DNA of 64,000 nucleotides, from positions 411-64,410 of the forward strand of contig DDWA01000019.1 in NCBI GenBank assembly GCA_002345425.1, read 5' to 3'. This document shows, in pieces, positions 58,724 through 64,000 of the stretch; position 1 is the first letter of the stretch; each line of letters begins with the position of its first letter. A program made the position numbers and the translations under genes. The stretch is from Bacillales bacterium UBA2298. Its GTDB lineage: Bacteria; Bacillota_I; Bacilli_A; Izemoplasmatales; Hujiaoplasmataceae. Under the pieces are notes generated by a model. It saw only the letters and a program-made list of their open reading frames with translations, ran no database searches and had not been told where the DNA came from.

Positions 58724-59954
58724 GAAATTATTAGCGGTTTACGAAGAAAACAGTAAACTCACAGTTCAAGATGTATTTAAAAACATCAGAAAAACAGATC
58801 CAGCATTTGGTGATGTAATCAGTGAACTCGCTAATAAAGGTATCCTTCCCGATGAAATTTTTGATTTTATCAAAAATGAAGAAGGAAAAGGCGATCATAT
58901 TTCCTTAGACGATTTAAATGAGGAAGATATAAAACCAACTGATATTGACATGATGAGAGATTACTCTAAAGAAATCGAAGAGGAATTAATGAAAGAAAAA
59001 GTCTTTGATTCTTCAGTTTCAATCAAAGTTGATGACCCAGTAAGAATGTACCTTAAGGAAATTGGAAGAGTGGATTTATTAACAGGTGAAGAAGAATATG
59101 AACTTGCAACCTTAATAGACCGTGCTAAAAAAGTTAGAGAAGAATATGACTACCGCTTAAAGATTGGTGATGTTATATCTCCTGAAGAGTTAGCGGAATA
59201 TGAAGATATCTTTAAAAAAGGTGAATTTTCAAGCAAAAAATTAGTTGAAGCGAATTTAAGATTAGTTGTTTCAATCGCTAAACGTTATGTTTCCAGAGGT
59301 TTACAATTTTTAGATTTGATTCAAGAAGGAAACATGGGTTTAATGAAAGCTGTCGGTAAATTCGACTACACCAAAGGCTATAAATTTTCAACCTATGCAA
59401 CATGGTGGATTAGACAAGCAATTACGAGAGCTATCGCTGATCAAGCTAGAACCATAAGAATTCCAGTTCATATGGTTGAAACTATCAATAAGATGGTTAG
59501 AACTCAAAGAACTTTAACTCAAGAATTAGAAAGAGAACCTACTCCAGAAGAAGTTGCAGAAAGAATGGGAATCACGGTCGAAAGAGTTCAAAGTATCCAA
59601 AAAACAGCTCAGGAACCTATTTCTCTAGAATCACCAGTGGGTGAAGAGGAAGATTCCAGTTTAGGTGATTTCATTGCGGACAATGACACGCTGACTCCAT
59701 ACGAATTTACTTCTAAAGAGATGCTTAAAAGAGAACTTGACGCTGCCCTAGAAACATTGACTGATAGAGAAGAAAAGGTTTTAAGAATGCGTTTTGGTTT
59801 GCTTGATGGCAAAAGCCGTACTCTCGAAGAAGTTGGAAAAGAATTTAATGTCACTAGAGAGAGAATCAGACAAATTGAAGCCAAAGCAATCAGAAAATTA
59901 AGAAGTCCCAATCGCTCCAAAAAGTTAAAGGATTTCCATCAAGGATCTAATTAA
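58701..59954 (+). CDS. sigA: Primary RNA polymerase sigma factor
   Basis: 417 aa. Motifs seen: [30 protein letters not shown] and [18 protein letters not shown]. Confidence 0.97.
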   Translation: MSKKQAIEKLLAVYEENSKLTVQDVFKNIRKTDPAFGDVISELANKGILPDEIFDFIKNEEGKGDHISLDDLNEEDIKPTDIDMMRDYSKEIEEELMKEKVFDSSVSIKVDDPVRMYLKEIGRVDLLTGEEEYELATLIDRAKKVREEYDYRLKIGDVISPEELAEYEDIFKKGEFSSKKLVEANLRLVVSIAKRYVSRGLQFLDLIQEGNMGLMKAVGKFDYTKGYKFSTYATWWIRQAITRAIADQARTIRIPVHMVETINKMVRTQRTLTQELEREPTPEEVAERMGITVERVQSIQKTAQEPISLESPVGEEEDSSLGDFIADNDTLTPYEFTSKEMLKRELDAALETLTDREEKVLRMRFGLLDGKSRTLEEVGKEFNVTRERIRQIEAKAIRKLRSPNRSKKLKDFHQGSN

Positions 59955-60604
59955 TGAAATCAATAAGGCTTTTAGCTGCCAGTAAGTATGTAATTGGTTA
60001 TAATTGTTTAGCCGATTGCGGGACTGATCACGCCAAATTGCCCATTTATTGCGTCGAAAATAATTTTGTTAAAAAAGCCTATGCATCCGACAATAAAATC
60101 GGTCCTTTAGAGAATGCGATTAAGAGTATTAAAGCAGCTAATCTAGAAGGAAAAGTCTTTCCGGTTTTAGCTGAGGGATTAGGTTACTTAATATCAGAGA
60201 TTGATGTTGTAAGTATCCTCGGAATGGGTGGTAGATTGATAGTATCTATCCTTGAAGAAGCAAATCTTATTGATGTCAAGCGTTTGATTTTAATTGCAAA
60301 TTCGGAAAATTCTATTTTAAGAGATTTTTTAGAGAAAAATAACTGGAAAATCGATGTTGAAGAACTGATAAAAGAGAAGGGTAAATATTATCAATTAATG
60401 GTCCTTGCAAAAGGAAGTATGAAATTATCAGCGATTGAAAAAGAATTTGGACCTTTAATTATAAAAGACAAATCAGAAGCATTTATCGAAATGATCGATA
60501 AATTTATCAAAAAACTAACAAAAGCCAAACAGCATGCTAAGTCAGCTGATGTTATTATAGAAATTGATGAACGTTTAAAAATACTTAAGGAGGTTATTTC
60601 ATGA
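59954..60604 (+). CDS. trmK: tRNA (adenine22-N1)-methyltransferase TrmK
   Basis: 216 aa. Motifs DCGTDHAKLP and GMGG are present. Synteny after sigA matches B. subtilis yqfN. Confidence 0.75.
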   Translation: MKSIRLLAASKYVIGYNCLADCGTDHAKLPIYCVENNFVKKAYASDNKIGPLENAIKSIKAANLEGKVFPVLAEGLGYLISEIDVVSILGMGGRLIVSILEEANLIDVKRLILIANSENSILRDFLEKNNWKIDVEELIKEKGKYYQLMVLAKGSMKLSAIEKEFGPLIIKDKSEAFIEMIDKFIKKLTKAKQHAKSADVIIEIDERLKILKEVIS

Positions 60605-61365
60605 ATTTAGTTGATGTCATTAGATATTTTGAAACCAAATATCCTAAAGAATTAGCCTATGAATGGGATAATGTTGGTATTCAAGTCGGTACTTTAAATA
60701 TTGTTGCTAAAAAAATATTAGTGACTCTTGATGTAACCAAAGAAGTTGTTAAAGAAGCGATTGATAAAAAAGTGAATATGATTATATCTCATCATCCTTT
60801 ACTATTTAACCCATTAGATAAAATAATCTTTGATACACCTAGAGGCTGGATAATTAAGAATTTAATAAAACATAATATTACAGTTTATTCAGCACATACT
60901 AATTATGACACCGCTGAAGGCGGTATGAATGATGAATTTGCAAAAATTTTAAACCTAGAAAATGTTGGTTTACTTGATGAGGTTGATGGAATAGGGCGTT
61001 TCGGTTATATTGAAACAGTTGAATTTTCAAAATTTCTGGAAATCATCAAAACAAAATTACAACTTGATACAGTTAAAGTAATTGGCAATACTGACAAACA
61101 AATTAGCAAAGTCGGTATCTCTGGCGGTTCGGGATCAAAACACATGTATCAAGCTAAAATGCGGGGTTGTGACGTTTATTTAACTGGTGATGTGACATAT
61201 CATACCGCTTTAGATGCTATTAGTATAGGGCTTACGATTATCGACATTGGACATCACGCCGAAAAGATATTTGTTGATGCAATTATCAATTTCCTTTCTA
61301 ATCAGTTTAAAGAAATTGAGTTCATTAAATCGGAAGTAAATACAAATCCATATAAAACATATTAA
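60601..61365 (+). CDS. NIF3-family (YqfO/YbgI-like) metal-binding protein
   Basis: 254 aa. Motifs seen: SHHPLLF, HTNYD and DIGHH. Its start forms an ATGA overlap with trmK. Confidence 0.85.
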   Translation: MNLVDVIRYFETKYPKELAYEWDNVGIQVGTLNIVAKKILVTLDVTKEVVKEAIDKKVNMIISHHPLLFNPLDKIIFDTPRGWIIKNLIKHNITVYSAHTNYDTAEGGMNDEFAKILNLENVGLLDEVDGIGRFGYIETVEFSKFLEIIKTKLQLDTVKVIGNTDKQISKVGISGGSGSKHMYQAKMRGCDVYLTGDVTYHTALDAISIGLTIIDIGHHAEKIFVDAIINFLSNQFKEIEFIKSEVNTNPYKTY

Positions 61366-61388
61366 AAGAGCTGACTGCTCTTTTTTTG
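61365..61388 (+). terminator. Terminator
   Basis: The stem aagagc/gctctt is followed by T7. Confidence 0.7.
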
Positions 61389-61468
61389 ATGTTTTTGTGA
61401 AGTTTCATAAATTGACAATAAAAGCTTAACTTCCTCCGTATATATTGACAAAGAAGGAGGATTACATA

Positions 61469-62122
61469 ATGAAAAACAAATTTTTAAAAACACTATTAAT
61501 TGGAGGACTTGCTCTAACAGGGTTTGTAAGTATTGCTTTAGTTAACGTAGATGCAGCAAGTGTCTATGATGAATTTTCACAAAGCTCTTACCAACCATTA
61601 TCAACAGAAACCAATCTAACCGTTGAAGAAATGTTGAATTACGCTATCAATGATGAATATATGGCTTTATCTGAATACAAAGCTATCGTCGAAGAATTTG
61701 GTGATGTAATGCCATTTGTTAGAATAATTTCTGCCGAAGAAACACACATAACAACTTTGTTGGTCTTATTTGAAACATATGGTTTTACAGTACCCGAAGA
61801 TCAGAGTCAAGACTATGTAGTAATTCCAGAATCAATCACAGCAGCAGTCGCTACAGCAATTGAAGCTGAACAAGCAAACATTGCTATGTATGAAAGTTTC
61901 TTAGCTCAAGAAGACTTACCAGAAGATGTAAGATTAGTTTTTGAACAATTATTAGCAGCTTCAGAACATCACCTACAAGCGTTCCAAGCAGATCGTCTAT
62001 CATACCGCGGTGAAGATGCTATGAATCAATTTAGAAATGGTTTCAGAAAAATGTTCGGCAACGGCTTAAATGAAACAAATAGTCAAAACCGTCACCAAAA
62101 AAGAATTAATGTTGCACAATAA
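61469..62122 (+). CDS. Secreted ferritin-like (DUF2202-type) protein
   Basis: 217 aa from the ATG at 61469, with an AAGGAGGA RBS. It has a signal peptide, then YAINDEYMALSEYKAIV...AEETHITTL and a second E..H half-site (AIEAEQANI...ASEHHLQAF). Confidence 0.6.
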   Translation: MKNKFLKTLLIGGLALTGFVSIALVNVDAASVYDEFSQSSYQPLSTETNLTVEEMLNYAINDEYMALSEYKAIVEEFGDVMPFVRIISAEETHITTLLVLFETYGFTVPEDQSQDYVVIPESITAAVATAIEAEQANIAMYESFLAQEDLPEDVRLVFEQLLAASEHHLQAFQADRLSYRGEDAMNQFRNGFRKMFGNGLNETNSQNRHQKRINVAQ

Positions 62123-62148
62123 ATAAATTTTAAATAAAAATAACAAAA

Positions 62149-62176
62149 AGAGTTGAAGAAATTCAACTCTTTTTTG
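62149..62176 (+). terminator. Terminator
   Basis: The stem agagttgaa/ttcaactct is followed by T6. Confidence 0.8.
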
Positions 62177-62210
62177 CTTGTATTTTAATTTAATTAATGT
62201 TAATATATTG

Positions 62211-62223
62211 TTTGAAGTTCAAA
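62211..62223. promoter_or_regulatory. Palindrome TTTGAA-g-TTCAAA upstream of the degV-marR pair; candidate MarR operator
   Basis: The 6-1-6 inverted repeat is perfect. An extra TTTGAA half-site lies at 62227-62232, about 30 nt upstream of the RBS. Confidence 0.35.
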
Positions 62224-62259
62224 CTATTTGAATTTAAAATTATATTTTAGGAGAGTACA

Positions 62260-63105
62260 ATGGATAAAATTGGAGTAGCAGTATGCGGAAATTCAGGAAT
62301 TGATTATTTGGTTCATGATAAAGGTATCAGGAAATTTAGATCATTATTAAAAATTGATAATCAAGAATATGAAGATTTTGTGGAAATCAATAGTGATGAT
62401 TTTTATAGCCGATTGGAAAAAAATCCAGATTTGGATATTTCTACATCACAAACTTCTACCGGAAAAATCTTAGAAATGTATGAAGAAATGAAAGCTTCTG
62501 GTTATAACAAATTACTTGTCATAACTATCTCAAAGCAATTAAGCGGTACATATCAAAACGCAGTTTTAGCTGCTAAAATGATTGATATCGATGTAGTTGT
62601 CTATGATTCTTTCTCTTTGACATACATTGAAGCTTTGATGGCTATGACTGCTAAAAAGATGGCTGATGAAAATAAACCACTTGAAGAAATTATCGAACAA
62701 TTAGATAAAATCAAAGACAATAATCATGTATATATAACGGTTAACACTTTAAAATATCTTATCAAAAACGGAAGATTATCTGGAGTTGCTGGAGCTTTAG
62801 GGTCATTGCTAAAACTAAGACCGTTGTTGCATATAAGCAAAGAAGGAAAAATTGACACTTTAGCCAAAATTAGAACAACAGAAAAAGCAAGAGAAGAACT
62901 TAAACATAGATTTTTGAGTGAGATAAAAGGTAAAAATGTAACTCCTTTTATTGTATATACCAATAATATGGAAGAAATGCTTGATTTAAAAGATGAATTG
63001 GAAAATCATGGATTGAATGACATTTTATTAATCCCATTAACACCAGTTGTCGGCTGTCATGCTGGTCCGGGAACCATGGGGGTAGGATATATTGAAAAAG
63101 TATAA
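62260..63105 (+). CDS. DegV-family fatty-acid-binding protein
   Basis: 281 aa. Motifs seen: TSQTS.G, ISKQLSGTYQNA and GPGTMGV. Confidence 0.85.
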   Translation: MDKIGVAVCGNSGIDYLVHDKGIRKFRSLLKIDNQEYEDFVEINSDDFYSRLEKNPDLDISTSQTSTGKILEMYEEMKASGYNKLLVITISKQLSGTYQNAVLAAKMIDIDVVVYDSFSLTYIEALMAMTAKKMADENKPLEEIIEQLDKIKDNNHVYITVNTLKYLIKNGRLSGVAGALGSLLKLRPLLHISKEGKIDTLAKIRTTEKAREELKHRFLSEIKGKNVTPFIVYTNNMEEMLDLKDELENHGLNDILLIPLTPVVGCHAGPGTMGVGYIEKV

Positions 63106-63538
63106 TCGACAAGAGGCGAGAGAAATAATTAACGAATTATTAGTCAAAATATTCAATCGTATTTTAGCGATAGAAGGTCAAAATTTAAAAGATAAAGGTA
63201 TTAAGCTATCAATGAGTGAGGTTCATGTTCTCGAAGCAATTGAATTGTCTGATGAACCAACAATGTCAAATATATCTAATAGATTGGGAATAACGATAGG
63301 CTCTTTAACCACAGCTATCAACACTCTTTTTCAAAAAGGCTATGTTTCCAGAGAACGAGATGCAGAAGACAGACGAAAAGTGGTAGTCGGCTTACTGCCT
63401 AAAGCAGTAGAAGTGCTTAACGAACACGATGCTTTTCATAAAGAAATGATTGATTCAATTTTTGACGAGATGGAACTAGAGAAAGATGAATTACTAATTG
63501 AGTCTTTAGAAAAACTCTCTTCTTATTTCAAAAAATAG
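63092..63538 (+). CDS. MarR-family transcriptional regulator
   Basis: 148 aa with a TTG start overlapping the end of degV. The winged helix is MSNISNRLGITIGSLTTAINTLFQKGYVSRERDAEDRRKV. Confidence 0.8.
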   Translation: MKKYNRQEAREIINELLVKIFNRILAIEGQNLKDKGIKLSMSEVHVLEAIELSDEPTMSNISNRLGITIGSLTTAINTLFQKGYVSRERDAEDRRKVVVGLLPKAVEVLNEHDAFHKEMIDSIFDEMELEKDELLIESLEKLSSYFKK

Positions 63539-63548
63539 ATGCAGTGGT

Positions 63549-63581
63549 AAAAAAATAACGGAATTTTCCGTTATTTTTTTT
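63549..63581. terminator. Bidirectional terminator
   Basis: The stem ataacgg/ccgttat is flanked by A- and T-runs, between convergent genes. Confidence 0.75.
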
Positions 63582-63584
63582 GCT

Positions 63585-63755
63585 TTAGTCTGCTATTACG
63601 ATGCAATCAACTGGGCAATTGGGTTCACATACTCCGCAATCGATGCAAGCGTCTTGGTCAATCACGTAGATATCACCTTCAGCGATACAATCTACAGGAC
63701 AATTATCTTTACAAGTTCCACAAGCAATGCAAGTGTCTAAAATAACTCTAGGCAT
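63585..63755 (-). CDS. fdx: 2x[4Fe-4S] ferredoxin
   Basis: Not in the ORF track (56 aa). My translation is MPRVILDTCIACGTCKDNCPVDCIAEGDIYVIDQDACIDCGVCEPNCPVDCIVIAD. It has two CxxCxxCxxxCP motifs and a GGAGGA RBS. Confidence 0.9.
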   Translation of the reverse strand: MPRVILDTCIACGTCKDNCPVDCIAEGDIYVIDQDACIDCGVCEPNCPVDCIVIAD

Positions 63756-63914
63756 GATATTTCCTCCTTATAAGAAACTTTTTTATATACATATATATAA
63801 TAACAACGTTTTAAGATTTTGTAAATATTAAATAAAAATTAACTTGTAAAATATATTTCTTGAATTTGCCCTATTTGTTTGATAAAATATGTATGTTGTT
63901 TAAAGGGGTGGTAT

Positions 63915-64000
63915 ATGATGCAATTATGGTTAGCAATAGTGTTAATTGTAGTAGCACTGCTAGGTGGCGGTGTTGGTGGCTTCTTTTTCGCTAGAAATTA
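63915..64000 (+). CDS. UPF0154/YneF-family small membrane protein, 5' part only
   Basis: My translation MMQLWLAIVLIVVALLGGGVGGFFFARN... resembles the N-terminus of B. subtilis YneF. An AAAGGGGTGG RBS precedes it. The gene runs off the window. Confidence 0.6.
   Translation, partial: MMQLWLAIVLIVVALLGGGVGGFFFARN

Noticed and set aside
61424-61462. TCCTCC (upstream) could pair with the GGAGGA RBS of the DUF2202 gene, forming an RBS-sequestering hairpin or thermosensor.
   Set aside because: The pairing is only 6 bp with a roughly 19-nt loop. This is too weak to call without conservation data.

Overview
This is a strongly AT-rich bacterial chromosome segment. It uses the standard genetic code: TGA is a stop codon and long ORFs stay intact. 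Gene content and order look like a low-GC Bacillota or Acholeplasma/Erysipelotrichia-type genome. Most of the window is housekeeping. It holds a lipoate ligase plus glycine-cleavage operon (lplA-gcvT-gcvH-gcvPA-gcvPB), ispG, kamA, ilvE, gdhA-DUF1015-serC-serA, rpmG and glcK. It also holds the CIRCE-controlled hrcA-grpE-dnaK-dnaJ operon, rsmE-mtaB, rpsU, and a B. subtilis-like block phoH-ybeY-cdd-era-recO-glyQS-dnaG-sigA-trmK-NIF3. The most unusual locus lies at 42.1-47.9 kb. A PadR regulator is followed by three translationally coupled genes of 473, 201 and 1079 aa. Their sizes and order match a Wadjet/MksBEF-type SMC complex (JetA-, JetB- and JetC-like). No JetD/MksG nuclease gene follows. 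The cassette sits between dnaJ and rsmE, the position occupied by prmA in B. subtilis. Other accessory or odd items follow. A decayed IS110-family element (17.4-19.0 kb) has a roughly 390-nt hairpin-rich non-coding 5' end, which is a candidate bridge-RNA locus. Next to it is a Fic-fold protein whose catalytic His is replaced by Tyr. At 0.6-5.8 kb there is a putative redox-sensing cluster: a Crp/Fnr regulator with two CxxC pairs, a perfect TGTGA-N6-TCACA box at about -41.5, two DUF438 hemerythrin/PAS paralogues and trxB. There is a degenerate PLP-fold/GNAT fusion. There is an ECF-type sigma/anti-sigma/lipoprotein trio in which the last two proteins share a domain. There is a stand-alone PTS enzyme-I N-terminal fragment. 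I saw no rRNA, tRNA or CRISPR array. All family assignments come from reading motifs in the supplied translations, and no database search was possible.
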